64,000 bases of DNA from positions 62,001 to 126,000 of IMG/VR virus record IMGVR_UViG_3300023278_002893; one strand, written 5' to 3'. Position numbers and translations under genes: made by a program. Below, piece after piece: positions 35,276 to 44,204 of the stretch. Numbering within the stretch: position 1 is the first letter of the stretch; every line of letters begins with the position of its first letter. Below the pieces are notes generated by a model that searched no databases, was not told the DNA's origin, and worked only from the letters and a program-made list of their open reading frames with translations.

Positions 35276-36361
35276 CTAGTCCCTAAAAAAAGAAGCCACT
35301 GTGCCTATAATAAATTCAATCTCCGAGTCCTTCAATGCTGGGTATAGGGGGAGCGTAAGACACGTAGAGGATAAACGTCTTCCATTCTCCGCACTACTCA
35401 CAATACCCGCAAACGAACCCATATCTGGAATTGCAGGATCAAAGTAACGCTTAGTGCCCACCCCTCTCGCATTTAGAAAGGTTTCTAGACGATTCCTAGT
35501 GGCCGGGTGCTCCAGAAAAATAACACAATCCTTGTAAGAAGGATCAACTCCTAATCTAGGCTCCCACAGACGGACGGGAAGATTAGCGAAACCATTGCGG
35601 TAAGTATTCATAAGATAAGTTCTTCTATCCCGAGTCTTCCCGAAACATTCAATAGCATGATATGCCAGAATAGAATTGAACTCCTGAATCTTACCATTCA
35701 ATCCCCTAGTTCTAGTATCCAAACTTCCCACCAACCCATGACCCGATCCCTCCCGAACGCCCTCATAAATGTCCTTATTTCCAGTGATAATTAGACCACC
35801 TTCTCCTGAAGAAATCTGCTTGGTGGCGGCAATACTATGAACAGTGGCGTCGCCGAGGGTGGAAATGTGTCTGTCTTTATATCTGGTGCCGAAGACATGA
35901 GCGCCATCGAAGAACAAGCGAGCGCCATACCTACCACACACCGCCTCATGTTCTTCTGGATAACACGCATTGCCCCACATATGAACAGGCATCACCGCAG
36001 CAATATCTGGGTGCGTACGGAACGCACCCTCCACCTTGTCAGGCAGAAGCTGCCCGTTGTTATCCACATCCACCACGACGGGGATATGATCATTCCACTC
36101 CAACGCCTGTAAAGTTGCATTGAAAGTAAAGGAGGGCAGAACAACCTTAGATCTGGGGGGTATAAGATTCAGCAGTAGGATCAATCCCAAAGAACAACTA
36201 GAAACTGCATGCACGTGAGAAACTCCAAACAGATCAGAGACCCGCTGCTCCAAACGATCTGTGTACTTACCCGGATAGAGCATACCGGACGCATACATCT
36301 CTCTTATTTCAGGCTCCACCACAGAGTACGGGGGGAGCTGAGGTTTATAAATGGGAATCAA
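35276..36361 (-). CDS. DegT/DnrJ/EryC1/StrS sugar aminotransferase
   Basis: PSFTFNAT, PVHMWG, DGAHVFG, PLP lysine in SIAATK..GEGG, LPLYP. Confidence 0.9.
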   Translation of the reverse strand: MIPIYKPQLPPYSVVEPEIREMYASGMLYPGKYTDRLEQRVSDLFGVSHVHAVSSCSLGLILLLNLIPPRSKVVLPSFTFNATLQALEWNDHIPVVVDVDNNGQLLPDKVEGAFRTHPDIAAVMPVHMWGNACYPEEHEAVCGRYGARLFFDGAHVFGTRYKDRHISTLGDATVHSIAATKQISSGEGGLIITGNKDIYEGVREGSGHGLVGSLDTRTRGLNGKIQEFNSILAYHAIECFGKTRDRRTYLMNTYRNGFANLPVRLWEPRLGVDPSYKDCVIFLEHPATRNRLETFLNARGVGTKRYFDPAIPDMGSFAGIVSSAENGRRLSSTCLTLPLYPALKDSEIEFIIGTVASFFRD

Positions 36362-36373
36362 TTATACACCCTC

Positions 36374-37336
36374 CTAGGTTGCCCAATAGAACTGCTTGGG
36401 GTTCTTGTGATATTCTGTGTACCACGGGATGGCAGCCCTGATACCTTTCCTCAGGTCGTAATTACACTTCCATCCCAGTCCCTTGATCTTCTCCGCTTCG
36501 AGGTACTGTTCCTTGATCTCAATGAAATCCTTCTCCAGTACCTGAGGCTCAATATCTACTCCCATTTCTTCGATTATCATCTGGGTAGTCTCGAAGATAT
36601 TGAAGAAGCCCGAACCTCCAACATTGTACGCCTCACCTGGGAGTCCCCGATCTTGAACAGCCATGTACGCATTAACAACGTCATCGATGTACATGAACTC
36701 TCTCTTGTAATTACCTACTCCTTTATAGATCACTGGTCGGATTCCATCGAGAATTCTCAGGATACTTCCAGGGATAATTCTAGATTTATTGAGATCGCCC
36801 GGCCCAAATATATTCCCCGAACGAATAATGGAGGTGTCCAGTCCATATGTATATGCATAAGACTGGGCAACTAGATCCGTGCAAGACTTAGAGGTACTAT
36901 AAGGGTCACTCGCCAATAGTGCGAAATCCTCTTTGTAGGGCAGCTTGTCATGGACACCGTACGCTTTATCCGAGGAAGCAACTACTACCTTGGAAACATG
37001 ACCACACTCCCGGGCAGCTTCCATTACATTAACGGTACCCATAAGGTTAGTCTGCCAACAACTCTTGGGATCTGCTGTTGCCATCTTAAGAATAGTAATA
37101 GCACCTATGTGGAAAATAGTGTCGATCTCATACTTAGAAACAGCGTATCTAACTGTGTCATAGTCGCGAAGATCTCCATAAACTACAGAAATGTTATCCA
37201 AAAGAGAACGCCTGGATTTATAGTTACGATCACGTACCAACCCAACCACCGTCTTGTCCATGTCTAAAAGTCTCTGGCATATTGCAGATCCAACGAATCC
37301 ATTCGCCCCTGTAACAAGGACATTATTCATCTGCAT
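36374..37336 (-). CDS. NDP-hexose 4,6-dehydratase (CDP-glucose/GDP-mannose 4,6-dehydratase-like)
   Basis: TGANGFVG, ASSDKAYG, PYSTSK, RSGNIFGPGD.N.SRIIP. Confidence 0.85.
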   Translation of the reverse strand: MQMNNVLVTGANGFVGSAICQRLLDMDKTVVGLVRDRNYKSRRSLLDNISVVYGDLRDYDTVRYAVSKYEIDTIFHIGAITILKMATADPKSCWQTNLMGTVNVMEAARECGHVSKVVVASSDKAYGVHDKLPYKEDFALLASDPYSTSKSCTDLVAQSYAYTYGLDTSIIRSGNIFGPGDLNKSRIIPGSILRILDGIRPVIYKGVGNYKREFMYIDDVVNAYMAVQDRGLPGEAYNVGGSGFFNIFETTQMIIEEMGVDIEPQVLEKDFIEIKEQYLEAEKIKGLGWKCNYDLRKGIRAAIPWYTEYHKNPKQFYWAT

Positions 37337-37973
37337 CTTTCATCTCCTTTTCAATCTCTGTATAAAGATAATCCTGACTCTTTTGTTTTGCACTACTCTT
37401 GTAGTGTAATATGTTAAAACGGGAAGGTTTTTCTAAAGAATCAGAATCGAAATCTATCTCTGTTCTATTTTTAAACCCTACAATCTCTTCATGCACGGGG
37501 TTTTGAAAACGACAATAATTCCTAAACAATCTGTACTGGTAGTCTGGATAAGTATCAGTTTGAATTCCATCAATAAAATTCCTACGAGGAATACCAAAAC
37601 AATCAAACTGCTTATCAGTTTCAGGCAGAACACCCGCAAGTTGCAACGACGCCTGTCCTTGTTCAGGATCTATCAATAGGGGTATAATTTCCAACAACGT
37701 AGGCTCCAACCTCTCATCAGGATCGTGAAGATAGATCCAATCTGTATCCAACGACGAGATTGCGAGATTCTTCTGAGCCGAGAAATCCCTCTCGAAGGGG
37801 TGATTTATGACCCGCGCACCTAACTTCTCACACCAACTAACAGTATCATCTTTAGAACCACCATCCACTACCACAATATCATCTACTACATTATAAAACT
37901 GCGGGATGGTTGCGGGAATGTGTGACTCCTCATTCTGGGCAATCATCGCGAGTCCGATTGTGGGCTTAGCCAT
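37323..37973 (-). CDS. Glycosyltransferase family 2
   Basis: MIAQNEE, VVDGGSKDDT, DFSAQKN, DPDE, YPDYQYRLF, VHE. Confidence 0.85.
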   Translation of the reverse strand: MAKPTIGLAMIAQNEESHIPATIPQFYNVVDDIVVVDGGSKDDTVSWCEKLGARVINHPFERDFSAQKNLAISSLDTDWIYLHDPDERLEPTLLEIIPLLIDPEQGQASLQLAGVLPETDKQFDCFGIPRRNFIDGIQTDTYPDYQYRLFRNYCRFQNPVHEEIVGFKNRTEIDFDSDSLEKPSRFNILHYKSSAKQKSQDYLYTEIEKEMKDADE

Positions 37974-39099
37974 TTAAACCTCCCCTATCTATTTCATCCA
38001 GTCTATTGACAATCATGTCACCAATCTTATCCCAAGTAAAGTTTTCTTGAACATTTTTACGAGCCAAAAGACCTTTCTCCTTAGCACCCTCTCGATTATT
38101 ATAAACATGACGCATCTGGGAAATAGCGTGACCAATGTCAGGCTCACACCACCTCTGATCTCCTGTATAATAAGGAGACCAGGTCATTCCATCCACGGGG
38201 GTCAAATTATAATCCACCGGATAACTGTTCTCCTCATTTAGAAAGTCAGTCTGACCTCCATAAGAGGGAGTAATGACAGGATTACCCATCGCCGCGGCTT
38301 CAAAATGTGGAAGACCCCACCCCTCCGAACGCTGCACCAAGGAGAAGCAATCTCCTCGTTTGTGGAGACCCATAATATCTCCATGGCTCATATTCTCCAC
38401 AATAACATACATCTTGGGATAGTGCCCCAGAGTCATGTACTTCCTGTACTCCTTGACCAGATTAACAATCTTGTCACGGTCAGCTCCGTGATCTTTCATG
38501 TAGGTCTTAAGTACCAAGACCACATCATCGACACCTGTGAATGCTGCGTTGTACGCGGACAAAAGACCATAAGGGTTCTTACGCTCTTGCCACTGAAAAA
38601 TAGAGTAAAACACATAGTCATTTACCCCAACACCTTCAATATTAAAATCAACAACACTATCTAAATCGGGAACATCTATTGCGTGGGGGATTTTATACAG
38701 AGGGACTGTGACTCCCGAGTCTCTAAACACTCCCATATTCCAATCACAAGGTAACCAAACCTCATTAGCCCTATTACAAGACATAGTCCAGGTAGGATGA
38801 AGCTTGCTAGTCTCCCACACAGTATAACCTATGAGGTGTTTATTGCTTTCAAACTTAGTCCAATGTGCCCACAAATCAGGGGTCGAATGAACGATGATCT
38901 TATCATAACCAATGTTATTATTGATGAGACTCGATAAGATCTCACCATCCTCTCCCAGATCTGGGCGAGCCTGCTCGAAGGAAATCGGAGCCAAGGTAAT
39001 AGGATACCCCTTTCGATGGATAGAAAGAACGTAATTCCTTGCCGCTTCTGCGTACCCACTTCCATCGAAGACAGGTCCTATGTATTTGACTCCAACCAT
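37966..39099 (-). CDS. Glycosyltransferase family 4 (GT-B)
   Basis: SGYAEAAR, WET, ERKN, EGWGLPHFEAAAMG. Confidence 0.85.
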   Translation of the reverse strand: MVGVKYIGPVFDGSGYAEAARNYVLSIHRKGYPITLAPISFEQARPDLGEDGEILSSLINNNIGYDKIIVHSTPDLWAHWTKFESNKHLIGYTVWETSKLHPTWTMSCNRANEVWLPCDWNMGVFRDSGVTVPLYKIPHAIDVPDLDSVVDFNIEGVGVNDYVFYSIFQWQERKNPYGLLSAYNAAFTGVDDVVLVLKTYMKDHGADRDKIVNLVKEYRKYMTLGHYPKMYVIVENMSHGDIMGLHKRGDCFSLVQRSEGWGLPHFEAAAMGNPVITPSYGGQTDFLNEENSYPVDYNLTPVDGMTWSPYYTGDQRWCEPDIGHAISQMRHVYNNREGAKEKGLLARKNVQENFTWDKIGDMIVNRLDEIDRGGLNG

Positions 39100-40433
39100 T
39101 ATAACATTTCTCCCTTAAATACAGGTTTGTTAGCATCAAGAGTGGTCTCAAGGAGAGAACTACTAGATGTACTCACAATCTTGTCGAAGACATCCACCCA
39201 GCGAGGGTTTATGTGCTTATCCCAAAGGAGATTATTGGAAACCATTTCGAATGCGGCTTTGGCTCTCTTCTTTCCCTCATCTCTGTTATCGTGAAGAATA
39301 ATCAGCTGCTCCACCATCTTGTGAAGATGTCCGGTGGGACGAGGAACCTCATTGTCGTGAGGAAGAACAGTAGTGTGATCAATATCTCCACCACTGGGGT
39401 AAGGGAAACCGGTCTCTTCGGTAATATATTCTCCTAAACACGTGTTGTTCGGGAAGACTACCGGAGTCATGGTCGCCATGGCCTCAGTCCATGATAATCC
39501 CCACCCCTCACCTACTGTAGTGCTAACAATACAATCACTTGCATTGTAGATCATATTGACTACTTCCAATGGGAAACCATTGGAGGGAGTAAAATTCTGG
39601 GGTAGGATCACATCTTCTTTTATATCCAGACCGTGTGATTTGATAACCTCAGGTAAATTCCACCCCTGATCAACCGCCGCCATGTGGAGATACAGGACAG
39701 AATTTGGACGCAGCTTCTTGAAATCCTGGAAAGCTCGGATTGTGGCAGGGATATCCTTACGTTGCTGATTCCTATTCACATTGGTAATGATGAACTTGTC
39801 AGCCTGTGGGCCAAAAAACTGTTTGCGGAAATTAAGTGTGTCTTGCTCGGAAAGCGGAAAGAAGACATCTGGATTAACACCGTGAGGCATAACCTGGAGC
39901 CTATTAGCAATCTCAGGTACCAGTCTAACAGACTGTTCCCGAGCGAATTGGGAATAGGTTACGGGAAAATCTACTGAGTTGGCAGCCCGAATCCACTCCT
40001 CCTTAGGAATACCATCTACCGGATAGTAAAAGACACTCTTGAAACGCTTACCGGACTTCTTCAAATTGTCTAACAAACCGGGGACAAAATCAAGAATGAA
40101 CGTGTCCTGTAGAAAGAACAAGATGTCATAGTCTAGATTGGGGTCAAGTAGGTGCTGCTGCAGGCGCTGCCGTCCATAAGGATCGCGCTGCTGATTGACA
40201 GCCATGGGCCAAATATTGAAAGGATACTCATGAGGATCTCCCCAATAATTAATGCCTAAGATATCAACTTCGTAGCGTCCGGAATTGTACAGAGCGGGAA
40301 GGATGTTACGCGACACCTGCCCAAATCCCGTGGCACATGTAGGTGAATCTCCGTAGAAAATAATCTTAGACTTCTTCTTCTTTTTCTTACCGATATTTGG
40401 ATCCATTCTATCTAAAAATTTCGGCTCGGCCAT
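39099..40433 (-). CDS. Glycosyltransferase family 4 (GT-B)
   Basis: TGFGQV, PHGV, NRNQQRKD, GEGWGLSWTEAMA. Confidence 0.85.
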   Translation of the reverse strand: MAEPKFLDRMDPNIGKKKKKKSKIIFYGDSPTCATGFGQVSRNILPALYNSGRYEVDILGINYWGDPHEYPFNIWPMAVNQQRDPYGRQRLQQHLLDPNLDYDILFFLQDTFILDFVPGLLDNLKKSGKRFKSVFYYPVDGIPKEEWIRAANSVDFPVTYSQFAREQSVRLVPEIANRLQVMPHGVNPDVFFPLSEQDTLNFRKQFFGPQADKFIITNVNRNQQRKDIPATIRAFQDFKKLRPNSVLYLHMAAVDQGWNLPEVIKSHGLDIKEDVILPQNFTPSNGFPLEVVNMIYNASDCIVSTTVGEGWGLSWTEAMATMTPVVFPNNTCLGEYITEETGFPYPSGGDIDHTTVLPHDNEVPRPTGHLHKMVEQLIILHDNRDEGKKRAKAAFEMVSNNLLWDKHINPRWVDVFDKIVSTSSSSLLETTLDANKPVFKGEML

Positions 40434-40440
40434 CTTAAAT

Positions 40441-40650
40441 CTAACCTCCAGTCAAGAGCAACAACGCTCTCTTAATTATACGACGTGGGACGTCGATTGT
40501 GTCTTTATTTTTATCTTCAAGGTAAATTTTATACTGAGTGAATTTAACCACATACCCAAATAACTTAGACCCGTCAGCACATTCTATACCCATGAACGGA
40601 TGATCTAACTCCTCAAGCTGCGCTTGCGTTCTCGTTATCTGAGACATCAT
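40441..40650 (-). CDS. Small hypothetical protein (Sm/SH3-like beta barrel?)
   Basis: ORF track; start uncertain. Confidence 0.45.
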   Translation of the reverse strand: MMSQITRTQAQLEELDHPFMGIECADGSKLFGYVVKFTQYKIYLEDKNKDTIDVPRRIIKRALLLLTGG

Positions 40651-41782
40651 CCACCTTATGCTCCCTCACTTTAAAGACAGGAGCATTATAACTGACCTTG
40701 GCTACCTTAGAGAGCGGATCTTTGAGCTCCGGCCTGTCTTTAACAAAGCGATCCAGTTTGGCTTTATTTACTACCAAAACGTTGAAAAGATCTGCTTCGG
40801 GAATGATATTTATGACATCCTCAAGATCGTAATTAGTTCGTCCTGCTTGAGTACTGTAAAGTTCCCGCTGGGCGGTGGCAATGGTCTCACCTAGAACTGC
40901 CTTCTCGGAAGCCATCATCTTCATCTCACGCTGACGGTTCTCCAGGATACTCTTCTGACCTGCGACATGCTGCCAGTGCTCCAAGAATCCGGCAGGATCC
41001 ATATCGGTAATAGAAGTAAGAACCCTACGACTATCTGCGACAGTGTCGGCATATTCAGGGCAATACACGCTATAATCGCACCACCCACATAGATTATTGA
41101 TCCGACCTTTTTGCTCCGCATCAACGATCTCATTCATGTGCTTCCAAGTACTTACCAAAAACCTACGGAACGTATCCTGCTGGGCGGCTGTCCTGTAGGA
41201 AGACACACTCTTATTGATTCGAGGATACTCCAAGGTAAGAATCCTATTGGAATACTGCGGCCAAACAATACTCGCTGCTAAATCATACATGGAGAGCTGG
41301 ATATCATCCTTCAGCTGCCATGTAGAAAGAGCAGTACGTGAGGTCTTATAATCCACAACCTCAATAGTATCTTCATTGATGATTCTAACCTTATCAATTG
41401 CACCTACAATTGGGATGTCATCGGGAGTATTGATCTTGAAGAAATGCTCAACTTCTAAGACCTGCTCTGCGGGATCCCACCTGTCGATCCACTCAGTAAT
41501 CATGGTCTTCCCGTCTTCATAGAACTCCATGTTAGCCAGACCGATGTCTGTCGCCTTATCCATGAATACGGTGACGGCGAACTCATAATCTGACGGAGCC
41601 GGAAAGCTCTTCTTTTCCATCATACGACGTGTAAATTGCTCAAGTGCCTCATGGACAGCAATACCCACACGTGCATGGTCATTCATTACTCTCGGAATTT
41701 CACGGTCGTATCGGAACACCGTCTTCAATTTACACTGAAGAAAGTCCTTAATTCCCGTGGCAGATAATCCTCTAATATCCAT
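40613..41782 (-). CDS. PD-(D/E)XK nuclease, RecB/AddB/Cas4-like
   Basis: SATGIKDFLQC, GIAVHEALE, GAIDKV..VVDYKTS, QLSMY, LCGWCDY..YCP. Confidence 0.85.
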   Translation of the reverse strand: MDIRGLSATGIKDFLQCKLKTVFRYDREIPRVMNDHARVGIAVHEALEQFTRRMMEKKSFPAPSDYEFAVTVFMDKATDIGLANMEFYEDGKTMITEWIDRWDPAEQVLEVEHFFKINTPDDIPIVGAIDKVRIINEDTIEVVDYKTSRTALSTWQLKDDIQLSMYDLAASIVWPQYSNRILTLEYPRINKSVSSYRTAAQQDTFRRFLVSTWKHMNEIVDAEQKGRINNLCGWCDYSVYCPEYADTVADSRRVLTSITDMDPAGFLEHWQHVAGQKSILENRQREMKMMASEKAVLGETIATAQRELYSTQAGRTNYDLEDVINIIPEADLFNVLVVNKAKLDRFVKDRPELKDPLSKVAKVSYNAPVFKVREHKVDDVSDNENASAA

Positions 41783-41785
41783 CTG

Positions 41786-42301
41786 TTATCTCCTATTTTT
41801 CTTACGCGTCTTCTTTTTGGTGGGTTCCGGCCCGGCCTTGATTAGCCCTCGGTATCCCCACAATAACGCCATTGCGTCTGTGATGTCATTCATCTTGTTG
41901 AATGTCCAATCGTCCAAATCATATTTGGTCTTGAAAAATTCAAAGACCTCTTCCTTCTTGAACTTACCTTCTTGCTCACCACAACAATGCTTCCTAGCAG
42001 TAGTAGCGGTAATTATCTCCACCTGAATACCTTTACTTGTACACAACTCTTGTGCCACACCTGCAAACTTAACTAAAGCCTTGAGGGTGTGGATGCTACC
42101 AAAACCAGGTCGGTAGTACGCGTCCTCCACGACCACAAGGTCTGGTTTGTATTTGTCTAAAATCTCTTCCAACTCGATTCGAAAAACCACCAGCTTGTCA
42201 TTGAATGATAACTTAGGGTTAGGAGCAATTATACCACAGGAGCGTTTAGCTATGAACCATCCAGTACTTTTAGTAGAGACATCCAATCCTAATATTTTCA
42301 T
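41786..42301 (-). CDS. ruvC: RuvC-like Holliday junction resolvase
   Basis: ILGLDVS..STGW, VVVED, DITDAMA. Confidence 0.75.
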   Translation of the reverse strand: MKILGLDVSTKSTGWFIAKRSCGIIAPNPKLSFNDKLVVFRIELEEILDKYKPDLVVVEDAYYRPGFGSIHTLKALVKFAGVAQELCTSKGIQVEIITATTARKHCCGEQEGKFKKEEVFEFFKTKYDLDDWTFNKMNDITDAMALLWGYRGLIKAGPEPTKKKTRKKNRR

Positions 42302-43080
42302 TTGCTAAATAGCTGACGCAGCTTCTCCTTTTCTTCATCTGCGATACCCGACACGTCAGGGTAATTAATTTGAACCACTACCATTACATCTCCCCGAGGG
42401 CCTCCATTGAATCCCGCCCCTCCCTGGCCTGCCAATCGCATAGTATTTCCATGTTTTACTCCGGACGGAACTACCAAATTAAGTATCTTCTGCTCAGGGA
42501 CAACACCCTTTCCATTACAGGGGGTACAGGGAGTCTTTATTGATTGTCCTTGCGCCTCACATTTATCACAGCCCTGCTGGATGAACATACTGCCATGCTG
42601 CTGTTGAATAAACCCACCGCCCTTACACTGATCGCACATCTCAAACTCTGTCCCACCCCTACCAGAACAGGCAGAACACCCAGAAGTTAGATTATAATCC
42701 AATGACATCTCTGCGCCGAACAGCGCGTCAAACACGGTAATCTCCAAAGGAATCTGAATACTCTGACCCTTCATGGGTGGGTTCTTTTGGGGAGGGCCGA
42801 ATGGAGAACGTCCTCCAAAGAACATACCAAAAGGATCACCTGTAGTTCTGAAACCTCCAGAAGAACCATTAGGAGAGCCGGTCATGTCATAAGACTGTCT
42901 CTTCTCAGGATCAGACAGCACCGAGTAGGCTTCGGAGATCTCTTTGAACTTCTCCTCCGCCCCCTCGGCGCTGTTCTTATCGGGGTGCCACTCCTGGGCC
43001 AATGTACGATATGCTTTTTTCAAAGCATCGGGCGCAACGTCCCTGGAAACCCCAAGTGTGTTATAATAATCCTTAACCAT
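42298..43080 (-). CDS. dnaJ: DnaJ chaperone (J domain, Zn finger, truncated C-terminal domain)
   Basis: KDYY, HPD, four CxxCxGxG-like repeats; start refined to MVKDYY at 43080. Confidence 0.9.
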   Translation of the reverse strand: MVKDYYNTLGVSRDVAPDALKKAYRTLAQEWHPDKNSAEGAEEKFKEISEAYSVLSDPEKRQSYDMTGSPNGSSGGFRTTGDPFGMFFGGRSPFGPPQKNPPMKGQSIQIPLEITVFDALFGAEMSLDYNLTSGCSACSGRGGTEFEMCDQCKGGGFIQQQHGSMFIQQGCDKCEAQGQSIKTPCTPCNGKGVVPEQKILNLVVPSGVKHGNTMRLAGQGGAGFNGGPRGDVMVVVQINYPDVSGIADEEKEKLRQLFSK

Positions 43081-43225
43081 TGGGCGTTCCGGCAGCTTCA
43101 ATGTGTACAACTACGGTGTTACCACAAGCCCCACAATTGTAGACAATCTGCTCACCTTCACGGCCGACTGACCACTTACTAGAACTGTCGCAATAGATAC
43201 AAATCGGATAATCTGCCTGTCCCAT
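43073..43225 (-). CDS. Small Zn-ribbon protein (50 aa, not in ORF track)
   Basis: MGQADYPICIYCDSSSKWSVGREGEQIVYNCGACGNTVVVHIEAAGTPNG*; AGGAG RBS. Confidence 0.6.
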   Translation of the reverse strand: MGQADYPICIYCDSSSKWSVGREGEQIVYNCGACGNTVVVHIEAAGTPNG

Positions 43226-43227
43226 AA

Positions 43228-43557
43228 TTATTCTCCTGCGGATTTGATGATCTCACCGTGAACGATAACTTTATCGTCATTATGTTCTAGTCCGGCGATG
43301 CTGAAACACTCATCATCTTTCAATGACGGATACTGCGAGGTAGCGAAAAGAACCCTATTCAACTCGTACATCAGAAATACATTGTCTTCATAAATTGAAA
43401 ACTCATCAGGTCCTGGAACCTCAGACGTCGGCGCGCCTGGAAGCTCGCTGATCTTACCTCTCAGAGGTACCTCAATCTCATGTCTTCCTCCCAACTCCCA
43501 ATCATAATCCTTAGCTGGGAGCAGAACGGGACCAGAAACTCCTTTTACATTACCCAT
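43228..43557 (-). CDS. Hypothetical protein
   Basis: ORF track, AGGAG RBS. Confidence 0.6.
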   Translation of the reverse strand: MGNVKGVSGPVLLPAKDYDWELGGRHEIEVPLRGKISELPGAPTSEVPGPDEFSIYEDNVFLMYELNRVLFATSQYPSLKDDECFSIAGLEHNDDKVIVHGEIIKSAGE

Positions 43558-43558
43558 A

Positions 43559-44203
43559 CTATGCTCCTACTTCACCGGCGGTGAAATTGGTAACAACCGC
43601 ATCAGTAAAGAAACGCGTCTGTCCGTCCGGCGCGTTCCACTTTCGCTCCTGAACATGGCCGGAAACCTTAACAGCCCCCTGCTCACCTATCTGATCCAAC
43701 TGCTCAGCAAGCTCATCCCATGCAGTAATTCTAACATAGGAATGTCGTAGTGTTTCTGGATCATCGGCGCGGTAATAGGGCACCTTAACCTTAGCGTGAA
43801 ATAGAGAAGTATCCTTACTCGGACCAACCTTCTTCAGCTCAGGCCACTGCAAAGTACCTTCCAAAACAAAGAGGTTTACTCCTTCGTTGGAATTTTCCAC
43901 GACCTCAGCAGAATCCACTACGAGATCCGTAACATTTCGCTTCTTGCCCTCATGAACATAACTTCGCTCATTGATTCGGGTGTTTGCCTTGATAATAGTA
44001 CCCTCAGGCAAACTTCCCAACCACTCTGCCCAATCTTCCCACGCAGTGATGCGAAGAACAGACTCCCGGGCATCGCCGGAACGCTGATCGGTAGTGGGGA
44101 TACCAATCTTACACTTAAACAGAGACTTCCCACCACTGGTTTGTTTAAGTTCGGGCCACTTAATTGCCCCTTGAATTACTGCACTGTTTGTTCCTACTGT
44201 CAT
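43559..44203 (-). CDS. ssb: Single-stranded DNA-binding protein with two tandem OB folds
   Basis: Duplicated unit N...G...WPELK...SLF..K...RITAW...AE.L...ER; start refined to MTVGTN (GGAGG RBS). Confidence 0.8.
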   Translation of the reverse strand: MTVGTNSAVIQGAIKWPELKQTSGGKSLFKCKIGIPTTDQRSGDARESVLRITAWEDWAEWLGSLPEGTIIKANTRINERSYVHEGKKRNVTDLVVDSAEVVENSNEGVNLFVLEGTLQWPELKKVGPSKDTSLFHAKVKVPYYRADDPETLRHSYVRITAWDELAEQLDQIGEQGAVKVSGHVQERKWNAPDGQTRFFTDAVVTNFTAGEVGA

Positions 44204-44204
44204 T

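Noticed and set aside
40613-41782. Cas4-like nuclease as evidence of a CRISPR-Cas system
   Set aside because: No repeat-spacer array or other cas genes seen; stand-alone RecB/Cas4-like nucleases are common in phage replication blocks.
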